Below, piece by piece: positions 28,651 to 38,095 of a DNA stretch of 64,000 nt. Under the pieces are notes generated by a model, which had not been told where the DNA came from, made no database searches, and saw only the letters and a list, made by a program, of their open reading frames with translations. The stretch comes from Clostridium sp. (GTDB taxonomy: Bacteria > Bacillota > Clostridia > Clostridiales > Clostridiaceae), in the NCBI RefSeq assembly GCF_050717535.1, contig NZ_JBOITM010000084.1, positions 1,067 to 65,066 on the forward strand, in the 5' to 3' direction. Position numbers and translations under genes: made by a program. Within the stretch, counting starts at the first letter, position 1. Every line of letters begins with the position of its first letter.

Positions 28651-30417
28651 TTAGTTAGATGAAATCTTTTGAGTAATCTTTAATGCAGAAACCAGTGCAT
28701 TTACAGAGGCTTCAATTTCACTGTCACTGGATTTATCATTTCCAAGCTCAATAAGAGCCGAATTGTTAGATAAATCTTGATTAAAATAAGATATTCCAAA
28801 GGTATACAAGTATATTTCTGATTTAATTCCACTTGTAGTTTTAATATTGGCTATTAGGTTGTCTACGAGTTTCTTATTTGTTTTATAGTGAGGGCTCTTT
28901 TTAGTAAGGTCAAAATGTATTTTTACCGCATCAGATTTGTTTTTTACCGTTATATCACGATGTATGTCTAATAAAATAGTATTTGAATATGACTTTACAT
29001 TTTTTGTTATTAAGTCACGTGAAGTTTGATATGATTTATTATAATCTGTAGATGGGTCAATTTTTATGAAATGGCTATTAAAACCTTCACTAATAAGCTT
29101 ATCATTGAGTAAAGCACCTACATCAGTTACTTTTATTCCAGAGGGGTAAGCTTCATCAGGATGACTATTATAAATCACTATGTCAGATGAAAATGGTACT
29201 ATAGGATTTGTATTAGCTTTTGATGATTTTTTTAGAGTAAGTGCTGACGCATTTGGTGTACTATTAACTGTAATTTTAGAAGATACCACTGGCGTTTTCA
29301 CTTTCAATACTGTAGCTTTACCGATATTTTTATCTGAGCTTATATTTGAAGAGTTTAGTGCAATTCCTAGGCTTCCTATAATTATGACAACTACTGAACC
29401 AAGTAATATACCCTTAATATTTATCTTTTTATACTTTGAAATCATAATAATCCTCCTTTTTAATTCTGAACTATTCATAACCATTGGGGTAGTCCCAATA
29501 AGTCTATTACTGCTGCGAGCCAGCTCTAATACTCGTATTAATGCATTACCATATTCCAGATGACCACCTTGCTCTAAAAGTGAAATCACTCCACTATCAC
29601 AGGAGAACTCACAGTCTTGTCTCATTCTATGAAAGGCATAGAGTAAAATTGGATTAAACCAGTAAATAATTGACAACAGTGTTATAACCCAATTTATAAA
29701 CATGTCTTTGTTTTTCAAATGGGTTAATTCGTGCATTACTATATACTTAAATTCCTCATCACAAACATTAACCTCTACACTCAATGGAATTAGTATCGTT
29801 GGTTTAATTAGTCCACATAAGGAAGGACTGACTATTTTTGTAGAATATGAGAGCTCTACCTCAGTTCTTATATTCATAGTTTTCATGCAGTCATATAGGA
29901 GTTCACTATGTGCGATAGTTACAGTTTTTATAGAAGTTCTAATGATTTTTCTGAGCTTTTTATGTCCTGCAAATAATATACATATTAATAACAAAATCCC
30001 AGAGAACCATATTGTACAGAATATTTTTTTCATGTTAATATTGGTGTTTGAAGGTATATTCATAGATTGCTTAATTAAACTTTTATTTGAAGTCTCAAAA
30101 GCACTTATTGATATTGAATCCCCTAAGTTAGAACTAATAAGTTGCTCTGAACAGTTAATTTGTGATTTCTGGTTGCTTTCATTTATTGTGGACTGCACAT
30201 ATGAATTTTCATATAGATTAGAAATATTTAAAGGGGTTTGTGGTCCAAAAGGAATTATTAATTTTATGAGCAAGATTAACCATATATAATAATGAAAAGT
30301 TGGACTTAATTTATTTTTAAATATTGTTTTAGCAATTAATATTATTAGTACGATTACACCACCAATTAAAGATGAAAGTACAATCTTATCAAATATATTT
30401 ACTATAACCATACACAT
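28651..30417 (-). CDS. BlaR1/MecR1-type M56 metallopeptidase fused to a C-terminal SpoIIP-like amidase domain
   Basis: N-terminal TMs, SP...G..KP.I.IP, HELTH (HExxH), E..CD; after the last TM come IYNSHPDEAY, LDIHRD, NQDLS..ALIELG. ATG overlaps the blaI stop (TGATG). Confidence 0.85.
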   Translation of the reverse strand: MCMVIVNIFDKIVLSSLIGGVIVLIILIAKTIFKNKLSPTFHYYIWLILLIKLIIPFGPQTPLNISNLYENSYVQSTINESNQKSQINCSEQLISSNLGDSISISAFETSNKSLIKQSMNIPSNTNINMKKIFCTIWFSGILLLICILFAGHKKLRKIIRTSIKTVTIAHSELLYDCMKTMNIRTEVELSYSTKIVSPSLCGLIKPTILIPLSVEVNVCDEEFKYIVMHELTHLKNKDMFINWVITLLSIIYWFNPILLYAFHRMRQDCEFSCDSGVISLLEQGGHLEYGNALIRVLELARSSNRLIGTTPMVMNSSELKRRIIMISKYKKINIKGILLGSVVVIIIGSLGIALNSSNISSDKNIGKATVLKVKTPVVSSKITVNSTPNASALTLKKSSKANTNPIVPFSSDIVIYNSHPDEAYPSGIKVTDVGALLNDKLISEGFNSHFIKIDPSTDYNKSYQTSRDLITKNVKSYSNTILLDIHRDITVKNKSDAVKIHFDLTKKSPHYKTNKKLVDNLIANIKTTSGIKSEIYLYTFGISYFNQDLSNNSALIELGNDKSSDSEIEASVNALVSALKITQKISSN

Positions 30418-30800
30418 CAACCTTTCGTTTTACTTGATTGTTCTAGTATGTTTTTTAATTCTGCTATATCTGTTTCGGATATTTCCTCTGACTGGGCGAA
30501 GGTTAAAAGCATAGATTTAATAGAGCCATTAAATACCCTATTGACAAAGGACACACTTTCTAATTTTATGCATTCATCTTCTGATATCAAAGGAAAATAG
30601 AAGTATTCATAACCTAATTTATTAAATCCAATTACATTTTTATTTAACAATCTGTTTATCAGGCTTTTAACTGTTGCTGGTTTCCACTGGGATTTATCTT
30701 TTAGATGCTGCATAATATTGATTGATGAGATTTCGGGATTATTCCATATTATTTTCATTACTTCCCATTCAGCATTTGATATTTTAGGAATTTCAACCAT
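30417..30800 (-). CDS. BlaI/MecI/CopY family repressor
   Basis: ISNAEWEVMKIIW, W...TVKSLINRL..K..I, F.GS...M motifs; ggagg RBS before ATG 30800. Confidence 0.93.
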   Translation of the reverse strand: MVEIPKISNAEWEVMKIIWNNPEISSINIMQHLKDKSQWKPATVKSLINRLLNKNVIGFNKLGYEYFYFPLISEDECIKLESVSFVNRVFNGSIKSMLLTFAQSEEISETDIAELKNILEQSSKTKG

Positions 30801-30821
30801 TGTTATATCATCCTCCATTTC

Positions 30822-30837
30822 AATTACAATTGTAATT
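30822..30837. promoter_or_regulatory. BlaI/CopY-type operator (TACA-NN-TGTA)
   Basis: Perfect palindrome aattacaattgtaatt, 21 nt upstream of the blaI start. Confidence 0.8.
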
Positions 30838-30975
30838 TGCATTGTTTATATACTATATTCTTCAATATAATAATTATTACATTTTTATTTAAATCTACAA
30901 TTTAAATTGCTTTATTTTCTTATTTATTATAGTTATAAAAGGAACTAGAGATCCTTTGCCATAAATAGTAATAAA

Positions 30976-31003
30976 GTTTATACTTTGTTTATAATTTGTT
31001 TAT
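30976..31003 (+). promoter_or_regulatory. Three GTTTAT direct repeats at 11-bp period (candidate OmpR-family binding site)
   Basis: gtttat at 30976, 30987 and 30998; candidate -10 taaaat at 31025-31030. Confidence 0.55.
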
Positions 31004-31090
31004 GAAAAGTAGAGACATGTACTTTAAAATAGAATTATGGAAGGCTTCCATGTTCAAAAGCAAATTTAAAACAAAAGGGGATTTTATATA

Positions 31091-32338
31091 ATGAAATTAA
31101 AAAAGAAAACCGCAACAATTATAAGTTTTGCTATAGGTACTATAATGTTTACAACTACAGCTATGGCTCAAGTATTAACCAAAAGTGGATATGATCAACT
31201 TAAAGATTCATTTAAATATACAGCAGAAAGTTGCACCACTAAACTTTCAAGTTATACTGCTGACATGTCAGTTAGTCTAAAGGACAATGGTAATGTTATT
31301 TTTTCTGAGGATGCACTTTATAAAGTTGATGTATCAACTGGAGCAAAGGAAACTCTAACAACAGGACTTGATGGTTCGAAAAAGACAGAAAGTTATAATT
31401 ACTCTGATAAAAAAGGTTCTATATATAAAGGTAGCGAACAAAATGTTTATTATTCAACTGAATTTATAAATCCTCATGAAAATGCAACATCAAAAAACCC
31501 TTTTAAAGAAGAAAGAGCAGGAGATATAGAAAAAATTGCAGATGCTATAGTGGGTAATTTAAAAGATGCCGTTGTAGTTACTGAAAATGCAGATGGAACG
31601 AAGACTTTATCTGGCTCTTTAAGTGAAACTCAAATACCGGCACTTATTAATGCGGTGGTATCGCTTTCGTCTAAGCAGGCATTTGATAATAATAATCCTA
31701 ATAATGAGAGTAGTATGCCTAAAATAACAAATGATATATTTATAAAAGAAGTTAAGGGAAATATGGTAACAACTAAAGATGGATTAATTCAAAGTATTCT
31801 TGGCAGTGGAGTGATTTCTGGTAAAGATGCAATTGGCAAAGAGCACAAATTAACATTCGAGATATTAGGAAAATTAACCAATGTCAACTCAACTAAAGTT
31901 AGTAAACCTAATCTTACTGGTAAAAAAGTAGAAAAAAATATAGAAAAAGATTATAACAAATTATCTAATCCAGAAAAATATATAGGAAAATATAAAACAA
32001 ATATTTTAATAGAAAAGGATAATAAATTCGTAAAAATAGGCGAAAAATTCATAGATGTTACTACAGTAGACGACAACAGTATTAGTGGAAGATATTATGA
32101 AGAATATACGAAGGGATACGAAGAATACGCAACGAATAAAAAAGACTTTAAGTTTGATGTAAAATTCGAAAAGGATCAGCAGTTGAATGGGGCATTTAAT
32201 GCAAAAGACTCTTCAAATGATACCATCAAAGGTAATATATCAATAGACCAAGGTTCAGCACAAATATATTTTAACATAAATGAAAGCAGAAGTGGCAACA
32301 TGTTATTTAACGATCAATACAGTAAAGTTTTTAACTAA
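31091..32338 (+). CDS. Secreted protein of unknown function
   Basis: Basic/hydrophobic signal peptide ending AMA; first gene of the ABC/TCS run. Confidence 0.8.
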   Translation: MKLKKKTATIISFAIGTIMFTTTAMAQVLTKSGYDQLKDSFKYTAESCTTKLSSYTADMSVSLKDNGNVIFSEDALYKVDVSTGAKETLTTGLDGSKKTESYNYSDKKGSIYKGSEQNVYYSTEFINPHENATSKNPFKEERAGDIEKIADAIVGNLKDAVVVTENADGTKTLSGSLSETQIPALINAVVSLSSKQAFDNNNPNNESSMPKITNDIFIKEVKGNMVTTKDGLIQSILGSGVISGKDAIGKEHKLTFEILGKLTNVNSTKVSKPNLTGKKVEKNIEKDYNKLSNPEKYIGKYKTNILIEKDNKFVKIGEKFIDVTTVDDNSISGRYYEEYTKGYEEYATNKKDFKFDVKFEKDQQLNGAFNAKDSSNDTIKGNISIDQGSAQIYFNINESRSGNMLFNDQYSKVFN

Positions 32339-32436
32339 TAATAAATAAGGCATATGAAAATAAATAGCAAGTCAAATACAGTAAAAAACTGACTTACTAT
32401 TTATTTAAATGTGGCAGTAATTTTGGGGGTATATAA

Positions 32437-33162
32437 ATGGAGAAAGTTATTGAAATTAAAAACCTTTCCAAGGTATATAAGAATGGAAGAGGGATAACAG
32501 ATATTAATATTGATATACATAAAGGTGAAATCTTTGGGTTTTTAGGACCTAATGGTGCTGGTAAAACTACTGCTATGAAAATAATGACTGGACTTATAAA
32601 ACCAGACAGTGGCGATGTCAAAATACTGGGGCATAGTGTTTTGGAAGAATACGAGAAAGTAATGAAAAGCGTAGGTTGTATTATAGAAACTGCAGAATCC
32701 TATCTTTATTTAACAGCTTATGAAAATTTAAAACAAGTTTCGAGATATTATAAAGATGTTGATGAAGAGAGAATCCATGAAGTTTTAGAAATGACAGGAA
32801 TGTTAAAATACAAAAATGAAAAACCAAGAAAATTTTCGCTTGGTATGAAGCAGAGACTAGGAATAGCTGCTGCAATTTTACCACGGCCAGAAGTAATTAT
32901 TCTAGATGAACCACTAAATGGGCTTGACGTTGAAGGTATGATATCTATGAGAAATATAATAAAAGATTTGGTAGAAAAAGAAAATGCCACATTTTTTATC
33001 TCAAGCCATCTTATCCACGATGTTGAACTTACTTGTACCCATATTGGTGTATTATATAATGGACGAATGCTTAATGTAGACACAATGAAAAATATATTAA
33101 ATAATTATTCGTCACTAGAAAATTATTTTGTTAGCGAGGTAGAAAGAAATGGTAGAATTTAA
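32437..33162 (+). CDS. ABC transporter ATP-binding protein (BcrA/LanF-like)
   Basis: GPNGAGKT, FSLGMKQRL, ILDEP, SSH motifs. Confidence 0.95.
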   Translation: MEKVIEIKNLSKVYKNGRGITDINIDIHKGEIFGFLGPNGAGKTTAMKIMTGLIKPDSGDVKILGHSVLEEYEKVMKSVGCIIETAESYLYLTAYENLKQVSRYYKDVDEERIHEVLEMTGMLKYKNEKPRKFSLGMKQRLGIAAAILPRPEVIILDEPLNGLDVEGMISMRNIIKDLVEKENATFFISSHLIHDVELTCTHIGVLYNGRMLNVDTMKNILNNYSSLENYFVSEVERNGRI

Positions 33163-33901
33163 AGCTACTTTATTAAATGAAATTGAAAAATTATATAAAA
33201 GGAAAAAAGTTTTAGTTGCAGTAATTATATCACTTATTTTCATAATACTAGGGCAGTTGTCTATGCTAGTATTAAGAACTGGTTTTGGACTTCGAGGGGT
33301 CTCAAGTATGGATTTTCCTATACTTGTACTATCTATAGTTGTTAATACAATTCTTCCCCTATTTACGGCACTTGTAACAATAGAAAGTTTTTCGGGAGAA
33401 TTTTCACAAAACACTATGAAAATTGCACTTACAAGGCCCATCACAAGGTTAAAATTTTATACGGCGAAGTTAACTGCAATTATGTTATTCATCCTTGCAA
33501 ACCTTTTATTTTTAATGATTTTTTCAATACTCGCTGGGTGCTTTTTTAATTCAAATTCCTTCACATTTAGTAGTGTTATTAAAATCCTGATTTCTTATAT
33601 TGTTACACTGCTACCTATGGTGATTTTATCAATAATTATTGCATTTTTTGCAAACATAATTAGAAGTGGTATAGGTGTATTTTTTCTGTCAATTTTTGTT
33701 TTCGTCGCTTTTAAAGGATTAGGGATAATTTTCTATAGATTTTCGGGGGTGTTTATTACATCTATGATGAGTTGGTATACACTATTTATTATGGAAACTA
33801 TTCCAACTTTTAAAATTTTTCTTCAGTTTATGATGATGCTCAGTTATGGTATAATATTTTTTACAGCAGGATATTATTTATTTGATAAAAAAGAATTTTA
33901 G
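33149..33901 (+). CDS. ABC-2 type permease
   Basis: About 6 TMs, E...GEFSQ.T....L.RP motif; overlaps the ATPase end. Confidence 0.9.
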   Translation: MVEFKATLLNEIEKLYKRKKVLVAVIISLIFIILGQLSMLVLRTGFGLRGVSSMDFPILVLSIVVNTILPLFTALVTIESFSGEFSQNTMKIALTRPITRLKFYTAKLTAIMLFILANLLFLMIFSILAGCFFNSNSFTFSSVIKILISYIVTLLPMVILSIIIAFFANIIRSGIGVFFLSIFVFVAFKGLGIIFYRFSGVFITSMMSWYTLFIMETIPTFKIFLQFMMMLSYGIIFFTAGYYLFDKKEF

Positions 33902-33944
33902 AAGTCGCTTTTAAGTGAACTCAGTGGATTTTTGAGGTGGAAAA

Positions 33945-35387
33945 ATGAATATAAAAAAACGGTTAATTCTTTCTAATACTATAACTATAGTAATTCCTTT
34001 TTTCATTACTATTATAGCAGCATTCTTATTTGTTTTTGTTTCCTCAAGAGTTTTTAATAAGGATGTAAGTTATGATAATTTTAAAAAATTTATGTTTATA
34101 AAAACGGAACTGTCTAATACTAAAAGTGCTATATGGAAACAAAATTCTGAGGATATGGAAGATCCAGTCTATCAGAAGTATTTGTACCAAAAGCTGTCCA
34201 ATATCGATGGAGAGCTCATAATTCTTAAAAACAATACTGCTATTTTCACATCTAAGGATGTAAATAAAATAGATATAGAAAAATGTTTATTAGAATCTAA
34301 AGTTAAATCACAAAGAAAAGTAGTTGAAATTGATGCTGTTGATTACAGAGTTGAAGTAGCACCAATTAGGTTCAAGGATGAGGCGTTAGGTAGTGCCATA
34401 TTATTGGCACCAACTTTTGAGTATGCAGGTATCCTTGAAATATTTATTATATTTATCATTGGTGTATTCCTTGTTACTTTTATAGGGGTCAACATATTTA
34501 TGTCTTATCTGCTTTCAAAAAGAATAATAAAACCCTTATCACTTTTAAAGACAGCGGTTGGAGATATTAGTAAAGGGGATTTAAGTCTGGAAATAATTGA
34601 AGCTGGAGACCAAGAAATTGTGGAGTTATGCGCTGATTTTGAAAAGATGAGAATACAACTTAAGGATGCTGTTAGTTTGAAAAAAAAGTATGATGATAAT
34701 AGGAAGATGTTAGTTTCTAGTATATCCCATGATCTTAAAACTCCTTTAACTTCAATAAAAGGTTATGTTAAAGGTATTTTGGATGGAGTGGCAAATACTC
34801 CTGAAAAAGCAGAACGATATTTAAAGACTGTTTATTCTAAAGCTGAGGGTATGGATGTTATGATTAATGATTTACTTTTATATTCAAAATTAGATTTAAG
34901 TCAGCTTCCCTTTAACTTTGAAAAAACAGATATTATAGATTACTTTAATTACTGTATTCATGAAAGTACAATTGAACTTGAAAAATATAATATAAAGATT
35001 TCTTTGATAAATGACTTAAAAGGATCAATATACGTTAAGATTGATAGAGAAAGACTGATGAGGGTTATACTAAACATTATTGATAATGCTCGTAAATATA
35101 TGGATAAAGAGAAAGGTGAAATTACTATACTACTTAGGGAAACTAATTCTAGTATTATTATTGAGATAAGAGATAACGGTTCTGGCATTGATAAGAATGA
35201 TGCAAATAAAATTTTTGACAGGTTTTATAGAGCAGATACTGCAAGGAGTGAAGCGAATGGAAGTGGACTTGGACTTGCCATTGCAAAACAAATTGTGGAG
35301 GGACACAAAGGGAAAATATGGGCTATAAGCCATGAAAGCAAGGGTACAAGTATTTTGATGTCATTTGGAAAAATATCAGAAGGGTAG
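33945..35387 (+). CDS. HAMP-domain sensor histidine kinase
   Basis: Two TMs, HAMP, SHDLKTPLT H-box, N/D/G boxes (DNGSGI, GSGLGLAI). Confidence 0.96.
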   Translation: MNIKKRLILSNTITIVIPFFITIIAAFLFVFVSSRVFNKDVSYDNFKKFMFIKTELSNTKSAIWKQNSEDMEDPVYQKYLYQKLSNIDGELIILKNNTAIFTSKDVNKIDIEKCLLESKVKSQRKVVEIDAVDYRVEVAPIRFKDEALGSAILLAPTFEYAGILEIFIIFIIGVFLVTFIGVNIFMSYLLSKRIIKPLSLLKTAVGDISKGDLSLEIIEAGDQEIVELCADFEKMRIQLKDAVSLKKKYDDNRKMLVSSISHDLKTPLTSIKGYVKGILDGVANTPEKAERYLKTVYSKAEGMDVMINDLLLYSKLDLSQLPFNFEKTDIIDYFNYCIHESTIELEKYNIKISLINDLKGSIYVKIDRERLMRVILNIIDNARKYMDKEKGEITILLRETNSSIIIEIRDNGSGIDKNDANKIFDRFYRADTARSEANGSGLGLAIAKQIVEGHKGKIWAISHESKGTSILMSFGKISEG

Positions 35388-35396
35388 AGGATTAAT

Positions 35397-36092
35397 ATGA
35401 AGAGAATTTTAATAGTCGAAGATGATGAAAGCATTGCTGAACTTGAAAAAGACTATTTAGAGATTGAGGGATTTGAAGTTAAAATCTGTAACAATGGTGT
35501 GGATGGGTTAAATGCATTAAAAACAAACAAATTTGATTTGTTAATTCTTGATGTTATGCTTCCTAAAATTGATGGATATACTATTCTACGTAGTCTCCAA
35601 GAGGAAAAGGATATTCCGGTTTTGATGGTTTCTGCAAAAAAAGAAGATATTGATAAAATAAAGGGGCTTAGTCTTGGTGCGGATGACTATATTACAAAGC
35701 CATTTAACCCCAGCGAATTAGTTGCTAGAGTTAAGTCGCATCTTCGGAATTATGAAAGAATAAAAAACAAATTTAAGAGTGAAGCCCCTAATAGTACAGT
35801 TATAATAAGAGGCCTAGAAATAAGGAAAGACTGCAGACAAGTATTTATGAACGGCATTGAAATAAATCTAGCACAAAAGGAATTTGAACTATTGCTGTAT
35901 CTGGCCGAAAACCCTAATAGAGTATTTAGCAAAGAGGAATTATTTGAAAGAATCTGGGGATTTGATGCTATAGGAGATACTGCAACTGTTACAGTACATA
36001 TTGGTAGAGTTAGAGAGAAAATTGAGGTATCTACGTCTGTTCCTCAATATATTGAAACTGTTTGGGGAACTGGGTACAGGCTTAGGGTATAA
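35397..36092 (+). CDS. OmpR-family response regulator
   Basis: EDD, LDVMLP..DG, GADDY..KPF, IETVWG.GY motifs. Confidence 0.96.
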   Translation: MKRILIVEDDESIAELEKDYLEIEGFEVKICNNGVDGLNALKTNKFDLLILDVMLPKIDGYTILRSLQEEKDIPVLMVSAKKEDIDKIKGLSLGADDYITKPFNPSELVARVKSHLRNYERIKNKFKSEAPNSTVIIRGLEIRKDCRQVFMNGIEINLAQKEFELLLYLAENPNRVFSKEELFERIWGFDAIGDTATVTVHIGRVREKIEVSTSVPQYIETVWGTGYRLRV

Positions 36093-36155
36093 AACATACT
36101 TTAAACCTGTGCCTATTAATTTTTATTCACTATTATTAAAAATTTATAAAATCTA

Positions 36156-36184
36156 TTGACTTGCGAACAAACGTTCGCTATAAT
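36156..36184 (+). promoter_or_regulatory. SigA promoter with Firmicute LexA (SOS) box in the spacer
   Basis: TTGACT(36156)-17 bp-TATAAT(36179); CGAAC-AAAC-GTTCG at 36164-36177 matches CGAACN4GTTCG exactly. Confidence 0.9.
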
Positions 36185-36328
36185 ATGAATATAGTTTTAA
36201 AAGTAAAAATACCTGTAAAGTATTTTAAATATATATATATATTGTATTTTATAACAGCATGAATTTACAGAGAAGCTGTATTTTTAAAGCACCACTTTAG
36301 TGGATTATTTAACTGGGGGTAAAACAAT

Positions 36329-36586
36329 ATGGAAACAAAGGATTTATGGGTTAAGATAAATTATTCGCAAGAGGGTAGTGATAGTTTAGCAATAACGTAT
36401 ACTGCTAGTACTAATAAGGTTAATCATTCTTCTAAGTATTTAATTTGTGGGGGAAGGTACAATAGAAATGGTGGAACTATAACGTTTAAGGCGAAAAATA
36501 TGGAAGAAGCTACTGAAATAGCTAATAATAACTTGGTAGCTAATGCAGGTACTAATAAATATGAGTATCTTAAAAGGATTATATAA
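36329..36586 (+). CDS. Small YciI/YCII-like protein (degenerate)
   Basis: ggggg RBS; GG....GG.I.FKA.N.EEA..IA.N pattern; typical YciI His and DP residues absent. Confidence 0.65.
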   Translation: METKDLWVKINYSQEGSDSLAITYTASTNKVNHSSKYLICGGRYNRNGGTITFKAKNMEEATEIANNNLVANAGTNKYEYLKRII

Positions 36587-36625
36587 TCAGTAATATATAG
36601 GAAAGCAAATTAATTAATGATTTTT

Positions 36626-36673
36626 AATATTATAGAGGATATTATGATATTTCAGAATATCCTCTATAATATT
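36626..36673. terminator. Bidirectional terminator, perfect 18-bp inverted repeat
   Basis: aatattatagaggatatt ... aatatcctctataatatt. Confidence 0.8.
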
Positions 36674-36720
36674 ACATACAAATATTAAATACAAATATTA
36701 CATACAAATATTAAATTACA
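36668..36720. repeat. Four tandem ~13-bp units
   Basis: aatattacataca / aatattaaataca / aatattacataca / aatattaaattaca, overlapping the HD-GYP stop codon. Confidence 0.75.
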
Positions 36721-37829
36721 AATTCAATATTTTCGATTACAATATCTAACTGTTTTATCAATGAAACAGTTTCACCAATCTCTTGTGCATTGACATTGGT
36801 TCCCTTCTTTATGATTTTAACTTGAGGTCTTAAAGCAAAATTAGGGAATATAGCTGTTACCACACCTATATCACCAGTGCTTAGTCTTACTAGTGTTCCA
36901 GGTGGGTAAGGAACAACTGCCTTTGAAAATGCTTTAACCATTTCATAATCAAATTGAGTATCACCATGGGAAAGTATGTATTCTACAGCATCATTAGGAT
37001 TCATGGCTTTTCGATAAGGCCTGTCCGAAGTAAGTGCATCATATACATCTGCAATAGCAACAATTCTCGCAAATCTGTTTATAGATTTATCCTTTATATT
37101 ATCTGGATATCCGGATCCATTCATTTTTTCATGATGCTGAAGTGCCACGATTCTAGAGGGTGCAGATATATCTAAGCATCCTTTTAAATAATCATAGCCT
37201 TTTGTAGTATGTTCTTTTATAGTTTCAAATTCTTCATCAGTTAAGGGACCAGGCTTTAGTACTATATCTACTGGAATAAGAACTTTACCTATATCATGTA
37301 TTAATGCGCCCATACATAAAGTATAAAGGTCATTTTGATTTAGCTGTAATTGAACACCCAACACTAGAGATATTACAGCTACGTTTACACTATGTTGGTA
37401 GGTATAATTATCCATGCTTTTAATGTCTACTAAATTAATCATTACGTTTTTCTTGCTTATAATTTCGTCAATTATATCTCTAGCAATACTTCCTATAGAT
37501 TCAAAATAGGCATGTTTTTCTTTCGCAAATTTTTTTTCGTTGAAATTTATATTATTTGAATATAAATCATATTTTTCAAAACTATAGAAGGTTTCTTTTA
37601 TAGCTTTTATAGCATTTTGACGGAGTTCAGGCTTTATAATATCCTCAATTATAATTTCGCTATATTCATCATTAATATATACAGAATAAATCTGTAACCG
37701 TTTAATTTTTACTAAGAAAGTTTCCGTTAATATAACACCTTCTCTTAATAAAACCCGTCCATCGTTATCAAATATAGTTTTGGCCAAATAATTTCCTGGT
37801 TTTGCAAATTCGATTGGTACAAGTCGCAT
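36711..37829 (-). CDS. HD-GYP domain c-di-GMP phosphodiesterase
   Basis: HSVNVA, HDIGK, HT..GY, HHEKMNGSGYP, ADVYDALTSDRPYRK motifs all present. Confidence 0.93.
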   Translation of the reverse strand: MRLVPIEFAKPGNYLAKTIFDNDGRVLLREGVILTETFLVKIKRLQIYSVYINDEYSEIIIEDIIKPELRQNAIKAIKETFYSFEKYDLYSNNINFNEKKFAKEKHAYFESIGSIARDIIDEIISKKNVMINLVDIKSMDNYTYQHSVNVAVISLVLGVQLQLNQNDLYTLCMGALIHDIGKVLIPVDIVLKPGPLTDEEFETIKEHTTKGYDYLKGCLDISAPSRIVALQHHEKMNGSGYPDNIKDKSINRFARIVAIADVYDALTSDRPYRKAMNPNDAVEYILSHGDTQFDYEMVKAFSKAVVPYPPGTLVRLSTGDIGVVTAIFPNFALRPQVKIIKKGTNVNAQEIGETVSLIKQLDIVIENIEFVI

Positions 37830-38095
37830 AAATATATCACACCCTTAGCATAAAAAATTAAGTCATTTCAATATATTTTACACCATTTATATTTAAAATC
37901 ACACTATTAATTACAAAGAACATACATATAATATATTTTAAAACAAAATATGTATTTTTTAGTAAAAATATATACAATACTGTTCGAAATATGAAATAAA
38001 TATATTTACAAATATTATACAATTATGCTACAAAATGGTATAATGTTAATTATAACTAATTTTCATTTAATTAATTTGTAAAGTGGTGATATATT

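Noticed and set aside
37830-38095. c-di-GMP riboswitch upstream of the HD-GYP gene (also checked before the DGC at 40810-41060)
   Set aside because: Both regions are almost pure A/T and lack the conserved GC-rich class I/II core elements.
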